This document shows, one piece after another, positions 10,108 through 20,111 of a stretch of 64,000 nucleotides of DNA. Positions within the stretch are counted from its first letter, which is position 1. Each line of letters opens with the position of its first letter. This DNA comes from Clostridia bacterium (GTDB taxonomy: Bacteria; Bacillota; Clostridia; JAAYHZ01): contig JBMNIH010000009.1 of NCBI GenBank assembly GCA_050950825.1, positions 96,001 to 160,000 of the forward strand, in the 5' to 3' direction. A program made the translations under genes and the position numbers. Under the pieces are notes generated by a model that was not told where the DNA came from, did not search any database, and saw only the letters and a program-made list of their open reading frames with translations.

Positions 10108-10596
10108 TTAAGATAAGGTATTTTCCGTCGTTTTTTGCTCGGCGGATGGGCCGGTTTTTTGTTTGTCGGTTTTTTCAAATGTATCCTTCGTTTCTTTATT
10201 CTCTTTCGTGTCTTTCTTTTTAAACAGATCCGGGATTAAATCCAGCAATTTATCAACGGAAGCATTGGTGTTGACCGACAAAAGCTTTACGGTACCGTTT
10301 GTCACGGTCATAAATGCCACCGGACTGATGCTGACTCCCGCAGCGCTTCCTCCGGCAAAGGGCAACTCCTCGTTATTGCCGGTTTGTGCGTTATGGGAAG
10401 TATTTTGCTTTTCCTGTCCGTTTTTTGTGAATTCACCTCCGCCGGAAGCAAATCCAAAGCTGACTCTGGATACCGGTATAATGTATGTTCCGTCTCCCGT
10501 TTGAATCGTGTCTCCGATAATGGTGTTGACATCCACCATTTCTTTAATGCTTCTCATAGCCGTGTCCATTAAACCTTCAATAGGATGTTGGGACAT
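10108..10596 (-). CDS. ytfJ: Sporulation/germination protein YtfJ (GerW family)
   Basis: HPIEGLMDTAM, MVDVNTIIG, IIPVSRVSFGFASGGGEF, PFAGGSAAGVSISPVAF. Confidence 0.93.
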   Translation of the reverse strand: MSQHPIEGLMDTAMRSIKEMVDVNTIIGDTIQTGDGTYIIPVSRVSFGFASGGGEFTKNGQEKQNTSHNAQTGNNEELPFAGGSAAGVSISPVAFMTVTNGTVKLLSVNTNASVDKLLDLIPDLFKKKDTKENKETKDTFEKTDKQKTGPSAEQKTTENTLS

Positions 10597-11119
10597 ATTC
10601 TTCGCTCCTTTTTTCTTTCTTTTTCTCTTTTACGTACTTGATAATAAGCGTTATTATTTTCCCAACCTTAGAAGATAATATACACTTAATATGAGAACGG
10701 CTTTCGTTTACGGTCAAGCGGATTTGAACATTGCTTTTTTTATTTTGTCGATAAGATTCCGAAATGCCGTTTACAATATTGGATATACCTAAAAGAATAG
10801 AATATATGTCCTGCTCATCGGTTGTAAAATTCAATAAACAATCGACTTCCTCAATTTTCAAGTGGGCATCTCTTAAAGAGCGTAGGATGAATAAGAAATA
10901 GTTATCGGATTCTTGTTCTTTTTTCTTAAAAAAATTGCCTATGGCGTTCCAAATCTCTTCTCGGGAATAAGTTACTTTTTTAACGGCAATATTGAATATG
11001 CTAAAAATCAGTACGACATATTCCGCTTCGTCCTGATCCGAAACTTGTATTTTTATGAAAAACTTCATCCGTAAAAAAAGCAACAACAAAATGAAGAGGG
11101 ATAAAATCACATACCACAT
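10577..11119 (-). CDS. YtfI/DUF2953-like membrane-anchored protein
   Basis: N-terminal TM, overlaps the ytfJ start. ATG 11119 (MWYVILS) lies downstream of a sigma-F-like GTATA-N14-GATAATAATA. Confidence 0.65.
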   Translation of the reverse strand: MWYVILSLFILLLLFLRMKFFIKIQVSDQDEAEYVVLIFSIFNIAVKKVTYSREEIWNAIGNFFKKKEQESDNYFLFILRSLRDAHLKIEEVDCLLNFTTDEQDIYSILLGISNIVNGISESYRQNKKSNVQIRLTVNESRSHIKCILSSKVGKIITLIIKYVKEKKKEKRSEEYVPTSY

Positions 11120-11178
11120 ATGATTTATTATTATCACATCCGGTATGAATATACATTCTATGTTATTTATCCCTGATA

Positions 11179-12363
11179 TCAGAAGCTATAGCATTCTTCG
11201 GTTATCTTTTCCGCAAACTCTTTTAACAAAGACGGATAACGTTCGTTTAAATAGGTTAAAACGGTGTACTTCGGTGAAATTTTATACCCGTAAACCAAGC
11301 TGTCTTTAAAATCCTCTTTGGATACGTCAAGCTCCGAGGGAGATATTTTCGCGCCTGCGGACAGCAAAACATTTCGAACGTATTCCGAAGAAGGCCCTTG
11401 AATGTTTTGCGGAATAAGGTCTTTGGCCAGCTCGTACATGCGGCTTATGACGATTGCGCCTACACCCACCGATTCGCCGTGCAGAGCGTGTTCTTTATTC
11501 CTTCGTATGGCACTCAAATCCCAAAAATGAGCCAAATGATGTTCCGCCCCCGATGCAGGCCGAGTATTTTTATTTAATCCCATGGTAACGCCGGCAATGG
11601 TTAGAGCTTCAAAAACACGGGCTACCGCTTCTTTGTCGTTATTGCGAACGCCGGCTGCATTCTCTATACACCGGTTCACCGCTTGGTTGACCATATCCGT
11701 AATGACGGGACATTTTACTTCTTGCAGAAGAGTAACGCCTAAGTCCCAGTCCGTGAGAGCGGTTAGCTTTCCGATCACGTCGCCAAAGCCCGCTTTGATC
11801 ATTCTTCCGGGGGCTTTTTGGAGGACTTCTTCATCGGCGAAAATCCCTTTCGGCAATTGACCGGGAATGGTGTCTTTGATATCGTCGATAATCAGGGAGG
11901 AGGTGGCGGAAGCATATCCGTCCATGGAAGGCGCCGTGCAAACCACCATGTAGGGAATCTTCATTTTCCGGCTGACCAAACGGGTAATGTCGTTAATCAC
12001 TCCGGAGCCTACGGCTACCATCAAAGCGATGTCGCCGGATACCTCGATGACCATTTTTCCGATTTGGCGATTGTCCGGAAGCAAATCGTGTTTCGAACGG
12101 AAAATATAGAGGGAAGAATTCATTCCGGCATTCAAGAAGGCTTCTTGGACTTCCGCAGCGTAAGCTTTGTATGTATTTTGATCGCAAACAACCAGAACGG
12201 GACCGCCTTTCGCATACTTTTCGGCGGCTTTAACAACGTTTTCAAGAATGTTCCGACCGTATACGATTTGATCAATATTTAAAGAATGGTGCATGCCGCA
12301 TTCACAATCGAATGACAACCTTGATAAATCTTCAAGTTTCAGGTTCAATACGTTCACCTTCAA
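11179..12363 (-). CDS. sn-glycerol-1-phosphate dehydrogenase (AraM/EgsA family)
   Basis: N-terminal CECGMHH, AVGSGVINDI, TAPSMDGYAS, AGFGDVIGK, RPASGAEHHLAH, LHGESVG. Confidence 0.88.
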   Translation of the reverse strand: MKVNVLNLKLEDLSRLSFDCECGMHHSLNIDQIVYGRNILENVVKAAEKYAKGGPVLVVCDQNTYKAYAAEVQEAFLNAGMNSSLYIFRSKHDLLPDNRQIGKMVIEVSGDIALMVAVGSGVINDITRLVSRKMKIPYMVVCTAPSMDGYASATSSLIIDDIKDTIPGQLPKGIFADEEVLQKAPGRMIKAGFGDVIGKLTALTDWDLGVTLLQEVKCPVITDMVNQAVNRCIENAAGVRNNDKEAVARVFEALTIAGVTMGLNKNTRPASGAEHHLAHFWDLSAIRRNKEHALHGESVGVGAIVISRMYELAKDLIPQNIQGPSSEYVRNVLLSAGAKISPSELDVSKEDFKDSLVYGYKISPKYTVLTYLNERYPSLLKEFAEKITEECYSF

Positions 12364-12448
12364 ATCTCCTTTTTTTTCTTTTTATTATAGCATAAATCGA
12401 TAGATACCATGAGAACATTACCGATCTTTGAATTACCGTATTTTTTTC

Positions 12449-12497
12449 TTGATTTCAATTCTTGATTTCAGTACAATATTTACTATTAGTAAATATT
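12449..12497 (+). promoter_or_regulatory. Sigma-A promoter with overlapping palindromic operator (probable MarR site)
   Basis: ttgatt(12449)-N17-tacaat(12472); perfect 11-1-11 palindrome aatatttacta-t-tagtaaatatt at 12475-12497. Confidence 0.7.
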
Positions 12498-12516
12498 AAA
12501 CTATGAAAGATAGAGG

Positions 12517-12987
12517 ATGACTTCGGTGATGGAAACAAATTTCATGGAGCTTCACGATTTGTACAAGAAAGTGGAGTACCTTTACCGCGAAAGGGTAAAG
12601 GGCATCCTCGGTCCTCTTAAACTCAGCAATTTGGAGTTTCGTTACCTCAAAAACATTGAAGAAGACGAAAGACCGACCATATCCGAAATTTCGCAAAGGT
12701 TGAGCAAGCATAACAGCAATATTACCGGTCTTCTGGACAGTTTAGAGAAGAAAGGGTATATTCGTAGGACAATGGATACCGTCGACAGGCGGATCATTCG
12801 AATCGAGTACACTCAAGAGGGACTGTCAAAGCGGGAGGAAGCATTGAAAATCTTTGAAAACAAAGTGAGTTTGTTTTTACAAGATGTGCCTTCTCCGGTT
12901 TTGGAACAGTCCTTTCGAGTTTTACGCTATTTTGCGGAGAAATTGGACGAAGGGAAAATAAATATGGAAGAAAAGAGGGATGCGTAA
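12517..12987 (+). CDS. MarR family transcriptional regulator
   Basis: LSNLEFRYL, TISEISQRL, LEKKGYIRR...DRR winged-helix motif. Confidence 0.92.
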   Translation: MTSVMETNFMELHDLYKKVEYLYRERVKGILGPLKLSNLEFRYLKNIEEDERPTISEISQRLSKHNSNITGLLDSLEKKGYIRRTMDTVDRRIIRIEYTQEGLSKREEALKIFENKVSLFLQDVPSPVLEQSFRVLRYFAEKLDEGKINMEEKRDA

Positions 12988-14853
12988 TTGGAAACACAAA
13001 TGTATGGCCGCCAAGGCCAAAGGATGAAAAAGAGCAAGTGGGTTCGGGATTTTGAACAGAGCAATGAAAAATTGGTCGTAAAATTTATTCAAGCGAATAA
13101 AATACGATATTTGTTCGGACTCATTGTATTTGCAGGTGTTAATGCTCTCGAAATTCTGACTCCACGGCTTACGGGCCAAATCATCGACCAATTGTATGAG
13201 CGGCTACCGGACTTAAATTTGATTAAAAAATTGTGTATAGCTATCTTCGGTATATCGATCGCCGTTATGGTTCTACAGTTTTTCGGTCGTTTGTTAGTCC
13301 TCGGCGCAGGTATTCTTTTCGATGTCCTTATGAGGAAAAAGCTGTTTCGAAAATTGCTGACTTTGTCCATGAGCTTCTTTTACAAAAAGTCCATCGGAGA
13401 CATTATGGCGCTATCCATCAACGACTTAAGCGCCATCAACAATGCCATCGGCCGCGGAGCCATGATCATGTGCAACATGATCATTTTGGCAATCGCAAGC
13501 ATTATAGCTATGGGTGAATCCATGAGTTATAGACTGACGCTGATGATCTTTATTCCGCTGCCCCTGCTCGTCTTTACCATGTTTAAATTCGGGACGGTTA
13601 TCAACCGAAAATCCCGGAAGGTGCAAGACCGCTTCGGGCAATTAAGCGGAAAAGTGCAGGAGAATATCAGCGGGATTCGCGTGGTCAAATCCTTTGTTCG
13701 AGAAGAAACCGAGCAGAAGGCCTTTGAAGAGGTCAACCAAGCCCATTACAATGCGGAGGTTGAATTGGCATTCGTGCAGGGACTTTTTATGCCCTTGATT
13801 TCTTTCATATCCAGCTTCTGCTATTTGATACTTATCTATTTCGGCGGAAGGTCGGTAATTTTGGACCGTACCATATCCATCGGCGACTTTGTTGCCGCCA
13901 CCAGCTATATCAGCATGCTGATTCGACCTATGCAAATGTTAGGAAGGTTGTTGAGTATGGTTCAAAGAGGGAAGGCTTCTTTAGGAAGAATCTACGACCT
14001 GTTCAACGAGAAGCCCGATATCTACGACAATAAATTTAATCAAAACAAGGTTGAAATCAAAGACAATCGATTGGAAGGAAAAATCGAATTCAAAAATCTT
14101 ACCTTCGCTTACAACGAAGAAAACGGAGACGTGTTGAAAAACATTGATCTTACCATCAATCCCGGAGAGACCGTCGCCTTTATAGGACCGGTGGGTTCCG
14201 GGAAAAGTACCGTATCGAACCTTTTGATCCGTTTGTTCGATACGAAGGAACGCGGACAGCTTTTAATCGACGGCATGGATATTGCGGACATTCCGTTGAA
14301 AACCTTACGTGCTAACATCGGTTACATACCGCAGGACAACTTCTTATTCTCCGATACCATTCGGTACAACATTGCTTTTACGCCGGAGGATTTGAAGGAT
14401 GAAGAAGTTGAAGAAGCCGCGAAAGCAAGCGACATTTACGATACGATTATGAATCTTCCTGACAAATGGGAAACCTTGTTAGGGGAAAAAGGAGTCAACT
14501 TATCCGGAGGGCAAAAGCAAAGGCTTTGTATCGCCCGTGCTATCGCCAAAAACGCACCGATCATGATATTTGACGACTGCTTATCCGCCGTGGATATGGA
14601 AACGGAAAGCCGTATTCTAAAATCGCTTAAAGACGTTCAAAGCAACCGTACATGTATTATAATTGCTCATCGAATCTCCACCGTTAAGAATGCGGATAAA
14701 ATCGTTGTTTTAAATAAAGGAAGAATCGTTGAAATGGGTAACCACGAAGAGCTTTTGGAAAAACGAGGCTATTACTACAAAGCGTACAGCATCCAATTGC
14801 TGGAGCAGCAGTACGGGGCCGGATTAAGAAACAAGGAAGGAGTGAGAGCATGA
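12988..14853 (+). CDS. ABC exporter, fused permease/ATPase, degenerate subunit (YheI/BmrC-like)
   Basis: 6-TM domain, Walker A GPVGSGKS, LSGGQKQR, Walker B IFDD lacking the catalytic Glu. Confidence 0.92.
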   Translation: METQMYGRQGQRMKKSKWVRDFEQSNEKLVVKFIQANKIRYLFGLIVFAGVNALEILTPRLTGQIIDQLYERLPDLNLIKKLCIAIFGISIAVMVLQFFGRLLVLGAGILFDVLMRKKLFRKLLTLSMSFFYKKSIGDIMALSINDLSAINNAIGRGAMIMCNMIILAIASIIAMGESMSYRLTLMIFIPLPLLVFTMFKFGTVINRKSRKVQDRFGQLSGKVQENISGIRVVKSFVREETEQKAFEEVNQAHYNAEVELAFVQGLFMPLISFISSFCYLILIYFGGRSVILDRTISIGDFVAATSYISMLIRPMQMLGRLLSMVQRGKASLGRIYDLFNEKPDIYDNKFNQNKVEIKDNRLEGKIEFKNLTFAYNEENGDVLKNIDLTINPGETVAFIGPVGSGKSTVSNLLIRLFDTKERGQLLIDGMDIADIPLKTLRANIGYIPQDNFLFSDTIRYNIAFTPEDLKDEEVEEAAKASDIYDTIMNLPDKWETLLGEKGVNLSGGQKQRLCIARAIAKNAPIMIFDDCLSAVDMETESRILKSLKDVQSNRTCIIIAHRISTVKNADKIVVLNKGRIVEMGNHEELLEKRGYYYKAYSIQLLEQQYGAGLRNKEGVRA

Positions 14854-16664
14854 AAAGTTCAAAATATGAAAAAATTGCATCAAGCGGAAAAGACAGCAAA
14901 GTAAAACTAAATAAAGATTCCCTTCGAAATATCATTCGATTTGCACTTCCTTATTGGCCTTGGTTTGCTCTGGCGTTTTTTCTGATCATTTGCATATCCG
15001 TAGCGGATATTTTACAGCCTCTCATTATTAAATATGCTATTGACGATAATATATCGCCCTATGTCGACGGTATACTGTCCGCCGATAAGGCCATAAGAAA
15101 TTTAGGTATTCTGGCTTTGATGTATGTCGGTTTATCCTTTATTCATTTTCTGTTCGGCTTTATTCAAGAATATACGCTGCAGAAAACCGGGTCTAAAATT
15201 ATTACGGAATTGCGTAAAAAAATGTTTAGCCATGTACAACGGCTGCCCTTTACCTATTTTGACAAAACACCGGTAGGAACCATCGTCACTCGTATATGCA
15301 ACGATACCAATGCCATCAGCGAATTTTATACCGGCGTTCTTATCAGCTTTTTCAAAGATATTTTTGTGATGATCGGCATTCTCGTTACCATGTTCATTAT
15401 GGATGTGAAGCTGACGTTGATTACCATCACCGTACTGCCTTTGATCGCCTTTGCATCCGTTACATTCCGATTAAAAGCCCGACAAGCCTTCTTTAACATT
15501 CGAACGAAAATGGCCGCTATTAACGCTTTCGTTGCGGAACATACGGCGGGAATGAAAATTATTCAGGCATTTAATATGGAGAAAAAGAAGGAAGAAGAAT
15601 TCGATCAAATCAACAACGAATATTACAAAGCCAATATGGAACGAATTAAGATTTTCGGCATTTTCCGTCCTTTCATGGATGTAGTGAAGTCCTTCTCCTT
15701 GGCCATTGTGATCTATGTGGGTGCGAAGGAAGTGGCAGGTGCGTCCATCGAAGTAGGCATTTTGTATCTGTTTATTCGTTATATCGGTAACTTCTTCCAA
15801 CCGATCATGAACCTGACGGAGATGTTTAATACGACCCAATCGGCGGTGGTTGCGGCGGACCGTATTACAACGGTATTCGAAACCAAGCCTGAAAGCGAGG
15901 AGGTACAAAGAGAACCGATTTTGACTCCGGAAAAATGCAAGGGACGTATCGAATTTGACCATGTTTGGTTTGCCTATATTGACGATCTTTGGGTATTAAA
16001 AGACGTTTCCTTTACGGTAGAGCCGGGCGAAAGTGTGGCCATTGTGGGAATGACCGGAGCGGGAAAGACCAGTATTATCAGCCTATTGTGCGGATTTTAC
16101 GAAATCCAAAAAGGAAGCATTCGTATAGACGGAGTGGATATTAAGGATATGACAAAGCAAGAACTCCGCAGGTTGGTAGGGATGGTTCGTCAAGACGTGT
16201 TTATGTTCTCGGGTAGCATTCTTCACAACATTACGCTGGGAAACGAGGATATTACATTTGACCGGGTGCAAGAAGCCGCAGTTTTAACCAATGCCCATGA
16301 GTTTATAAAGGATTTGCCGGGACAATACGATTTTCAATTGAATGAAGGCGGATCCATTTTGTCCGAAGGTCAAAGGCAATTGATTTCCTTTGCAAGAGCC
16401 ATCGTAACCGATCCTAAAATTTTAGTACTGGATGAAGCGACTTCGAACATCGACAGCGAAACGGAAAGACTGATCCAAGATGCGTTGGTGAAGCTGATGC
16501 GGAATCGAAGTTCAATTTCCATCGCACACCGGTTGTCAACCATACAAAATTCTGATAAAATAATAGTTCTAAATAACGGAAGAATTATGGAGCAGGGAAC
16601 ACATGATGAGTTGTTCGAGATGCGCGGATTGTACTATGATTTATACAACTTGCAGTTTGAATAA
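14850..16664 (+). CDS. ABC exporter, fused permease/ATPase (YheH/BmrD-like)
   Basis: GMTGAGKT, LSEGQRQ, LDEATS, IAHRLST; 4-bp overlap with the partner gene. Confidence 0.92.
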   Translation: MKSSKYEKIASSGKDSKVKLNKDSLRNIIRFALPYWPWFALAFFLIICISVADILQPLIIKYAIDDNISPYVDGILSADKAIRNLGILALMYVGLSFIHFLFGFIQEYTLQKTGSKIITELRKKMFSHVQRLPFTYFDKTPVGTIVTRICNDTNAISEFYTGVLISFFKDIFVMIGILVTMFIMDVKLTLITITVLPLIAFASVTFRLKARQAFFNIRTKMAAINAFVAEHTAGMKIIQAFNMEKKKEEEFDQINNEYYKANMERIKIFGIFRPFMDVVKSFSLAIVIYVGAKEVAGASIEVGILYLFIRYIGNFFQPIMNLTEMFNTTQSAVVAADRITTVFETKPESEEVQREPILTPEKCKGRIEFDHVWFAYIDDLWVLKDVSFTVEPGESVAIVGMTGAGKTSIISLLCGFYEIQKGSIRIDGVDIKDMTKQELRRLVGMVRQDVFMFSGSILHNITLGNEDITFDRVQEAAVLTNAHEFIKDLPGQYDFQLNEGGSILSEGQRQLISFARAIVTDPKILVLDEATSNIDSETERLIQDALVKLMRNRSSISIAHRLSTIQNSDKIIVLNNGRIMEQGTHDELFEMRGLYYDLYNLQFE

Positions 16665-16747
16665 TTCCCGACGGAAAACATTCGGAGGTTGTTTTCGGGC
16701 AACCTCTTTATTATTGTTATCGATATATATTGAAACGGAGTCTAGCT

Positions 16748-18292
16748 ATGCGTAAATTTCTTATACTTGTACTTATTCTATCTATTTTATTCGTTTGCTC
16801 TTGCAGTAAAATCTCTTATCTTCGTTATCTGGGTGACGACGATAATATCAAGGGGCTTCAGTATAGCCGCATCAAATTTATCGTATCCGAAGGGTTTATA
16901 AGAGGAGGCTTTTCGGATTACAGAGACCAAATGATTGAAGAGTTTAAAAAACTCGCTTTGGACAAAACCAACACGGAAATTACTTTTGTTTTCACCGAAG
17001 AATCGGTGTATGCGGAAACGCTGCAGATTCGTATCAACAGCGGACTTGAGTTCGATGTATTTATGGGATTTGAAAGCATCCAATCGGACCGTTTGCTGTC
17101 CTCCATGTTCAAGTCCTCAAGATATTGGATCGAAAAAGGCGTTGCCTTAGATCTGACGGATTACATTACGCCGAAATACGAAAATCTGTACAATCGTTTC
17201 GAAAAGTATCCGATTCTAAAAGAATTGGCGTCCTATAACGGAAGGATTTACTCCATCCCCAGCGGTATTCAAAGCTCCGAACGACCCTATATTCTTATTC
17301 GAGAAGATTTGAGGAAAAAATACGCATCGGGAAAACCTCTAGAAACCATGGAAGATTTGGCTTTGTTCATGGAAAGAGTCAATCAAGATTATCCGGACCA
17401 TCCTTTTTATATCAAAACCCATTTTACTTTCTATGACCTTATTGAATTCTTTGCTTGGGAAGAAGGCTACTACATTCTGCCCGGTGCTTACGTAGCCAAG
17501 ATCGATGATCCGAATATTACTCCTGTTCCCATCGAAGACACGATGATTATAGACCGAGCCGCATCCTTTTATGAAAGAGTATTCGATATCTTTTTTGAAT
17601 TGGATTCGTCGGTAGAAGTTTCTACGATTTTGGCGGCAGACAAAACGGCACTTTTCTTAAGCAAGAACCCGGAAGAATACCATTTTGAAACCGCCGGTTA
17701 TCATCCTTACGAATATACTTTTCAACAGCTATATCCTGATTCCGGGTATCATCTGAAAATTCCCGGAGAGCTCAGTTTGATGGTGTACAACGATTCGAAA
17801 AACAAAGAAAGAACATTGACCATATTGAACTGGTTAGGATCCAGCAACCAAGCTTATGATATTTTGTCCTACGGCTTGGAAGGAGTGAATTATGTTTACA
17901 AGGACAGGCTGTTTCAATTCAACGAGAAAACCGAACCGGCTTTAGGCTGGATGCAGCGTTTTAGCGGATTTCCCGAATTGGAAAAGAATTTTAAAACGGA
18001 TAAAACGCCTTATAGCGAAGTGTTAGAAAACAATATGCAAAGGGCGTATATCAATCCCTTCGACAGCTTATTGATTAAAAACTACGGGAACATGAACGTC
18101 TATTTGGATCAAACAAGGCAAGACGCAACGCTGTACGGAAGCCGTACCGCCATCGTATCTCGTTACGTGAGAAGCGCATCGAGAACCGGTAAAGTGGACT
18201 CGGAGGAATTCAAAAGAGAATTGGCTGAGCAGCAAAATGAAAACATTGAACAGCATTTGAAAGAATTAATAACCGTATTAAAAAACGGCTAA
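16748..18292 (+). CDS. Lipoprotein resembling an extracellular solute-binding protein
   Basis: Lipobox FVCSC; ALDLTDY, YNGRIYSIP, LIREDLRKKY, ILSYGLEGVNY resemble carbohydrate-binding proteins. Confidence 0.7.
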   Translation: MRKFLILVLILSILFVCSCSKISYLRYLGDDDNIKGLQYSRIKFIVSEGFIRGGFSDYRDQMIEEFKKLALDKTNTEITFVFTEESVYAETLQIRINSGLEFDVFMGFESIQSDRLLSSMFKSSRYWIEKGVALDLTDYITPKYENLYNRFEKYPILKELASYNGRIYSIPSGIQSSERPYILIREDLRKKYASGKPLETMEDLALFMERVNQDYPDHPFYIKTHFTFYDLIEFFAWEEGYYILPGAYVAKIDDPNITPVPIEDTMIIDRAASFYERVFDIFFELDSSVEVSTILAADKTALFLSKNPEEYHFETAGYHPYEYTFQQLYPDSGYHLKIPGELSLMVYNDSKNKERTLTILNWLGSSNQAYDILSYGLEGVNYVYKDRLFQFNEKTEPALGWMQRFSGFPELEKNFKTDKTPYSEVLENNMQRAYINPFDSLLIKNYGNMNVYLDQTRQDATLYGSRTAIVSRYVRSASRTGKVDSEEFKRELAEQQNENIEQHLKELITVLKNG

Positions 18293-18309
18293 TTTAGCCG
18301 TTTTTTAAT
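18277..18309. terminator. Bidirectional terminator
   Basis: attaaaaaacggcta-att-tagccgttttttaat between convergent genes. Confidence 0.8.
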
Positions 18310-18313
18310 ATGA

Positions 18314-19126
18314 TTACATGTCCGATTCCTCGGTTTTGATATACAATTTCCGGTCGCCGGCGTATTTTTTAATGGCGTTGTAGGAATACAAAAATGCGGC
18401 GAGGATGAAAATATAATCCCAAAATACGATATTCAGCTTCAATATGGTTAGGATTGTTCCGACCACCGTAGGCAGCGTGATGGCGTGGCAGCACACACGG
18501 AATATGGATTTTCTGTCCAGATTGATTCTTTTTATCATGACGTAAATAATGGAGATGAAATGTACGATGTAGCATGCCAAAACTTTAACGCCTAACCCGA
18601 AAACCATCATATATATAGTTAAGACCGGTATGAGGGTTAAGAAAAACTTACCGAAGCGCTGCGTAATATTCTCTTTTGTCAATGTGAACATGGATAAGCT
18701 TTCAAGCGGAATGGTATTGTAAGCCGTTACGGTTTTTTGAATCAATTCCGTTTCCGTCAATAAAATGGCAAGGGGATAATAACTGAGATCACTTTTTCGA
18801 TACCCGTTCACGGGATCGATGATTACAATCATTCCGATGTCCTTGTTCTCATACACCACATGATACGTATCGGAATCCATCCGAAGCTTTCCGTCTTTAA
18901 TTTCAAAGTAGGGGAGCTGTTCCGTGTTTTGGAAGATCTCTTCTACAACGGTTTTATACTGAAAGATACCGGGTAAAGTGGAGATGAAAAAGAAAAACAA
19001 ACTGACAATGATCAAATAACCGAATGCTTTGCCTGTGGTTTGGTGTATAAAATGCTTGTAATAGTCGAAATCCGTTATGCTTTTATAAAAAGAAACGAAT
19101 ATGTTTCCTTGTTTGGAACTTTCCAT
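18314..19126 (-). CDS. DUF1189-like membrane protein
   Basis: NIFVSFYKSITDFDYY...GKAFGYL, LPYFEIKDGKL, C-terminal TMs with AITLPT; aaggag RBS before ATG 19126. Confidence 0.7.
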   Translation of the reverse strand: MESSKQGNIFVSFYKSITDFDYYKHFIHQTTGKAFGYLIIVSLFFFFISTLPGIFQYKTVVEEIFQNTEQLPYFEIKDGKLRMDSDTYHVVYENKDIGMIVIIDPVNGYRKSDLSYYPLAILLTETELIQKTVTAYNTIPLESLSMFTLTKENITQRFGKFFLTLIPVLTIYMMVFGLGVKVLACYIVHFISIIYVMIKRINLDRKSIFRVCCHAITLPTVVGTILTILKLNIVFWDYIFILAAFLYSYNAIKKYAGDRKLYIKTEESDM

Positions 19127-19288
19127 AGCTGCTCCTTCATACTTTTGCGTTTCGTTAACGATATTATACATGAAGGCGTAAGGTTATACAATGAAAAAGA
19201 ACCGGTTAAAATCCGGTCGATTGCCCTTGCTCTTTGATCGTGGTATAATTTTTTCCGTAATATATAAACGGATGGAGGATTTGCCGTT

Positions 19289-20068
19289 ATGAAATTATGG
19301 GATAAGATACCGGGACTCATCGAGGGAGATCAATTTGAACCTGCCATTACACCTTATATTATCAAAGACAATACGAAGCATTCCGGGGTTGTGGTTTGCC
19401 CGGGGGGTGGCTACGTAGGAAGAGCATACCATGAAGGAGAACCCGTAGCCTGCTGGCTGAATTCTATCGGCATCAACGCCTTTGTTTTGGATTACCGCAC
19501 AGCGCCTTATCGGTATCCTTATCCTCAAATGGACGCCGTAAGAGCCATTCAGCTTGTTCGTCGTCATGCCGAGGAATTCGGTACAAATAAAGACAAAATC
19601 GGAATTTTGGGATTTTCGGCAGGCGGACATTTGGCGGCTTTTGTAACCGTCCATCGATTGAAGGAGTTGTCTTTAGACGACGAAATCGGCAAGATCGACT
19701 GTCGGCCGAACTTTTGCATTCTCGGTTATCCGGTTATTCTTATGGATCGGTTGGGACATGCGGGAAGTAAAAGAAATCTGTTGGGAGACAATCCCGATCC
19801 GACGCTTACGGAGCTCTGCTCTCTTGAAAAACAAGTGACACCGGATACGCCTCCCGTCTTTTTATGGCATACCGCGGAAGACGCAGGGGTACCGGTGGAA
19901 AATAGTCTGTTTTTCGCAGCCGCTTTATCCCGTAATAAAATACCTTTTGAATGCCACATATTCCAAAAGGGCAGACACGGTTTGGGTATCAAATACGAAG
20001 TGCCGGAGGTTCGCACTTGGATGGATTTATGTGAAAAGTGGTTGATTCAAAACGGTTTCACCGGTTAA
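19289..20068 (+). CDS. Alpha/beta hydrolase (carbohydrate acetyl/feruloyl esterase-like)
   Basis: CPGGGY, GFSAGGH nucleophile motif, [13 protein letters not shown]. Confidence 0.88.
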   Translation: MKLWDKIPGLIEGDQFEPAITPYIIKDNTKHSGVVVCPGGGYVGRAYHEGEPVACWLNSIGINAFVLDYRTAPYRYPYPQMDAVRAIQLVRRHAEEFGTNKDKIGILGFSAGGHLAAFVTVHRLKELSLDDEIGKIDCRPNFCILGYPVILMDRLGHAGSKRNLLGDNPDPTLTELCSLEKQVTPDTPPVFLWHTAEDAGVPVENSLFFAAALSRNKIPFECHIFQKGRHGLGIKYEVPEVRTWMDLCEKWLIQNGFTG

Positions 20069-20111
20069 GTTAGAGATGAATAATAAAATTTTAAGACAGG
20101 CACGAAGAAAA

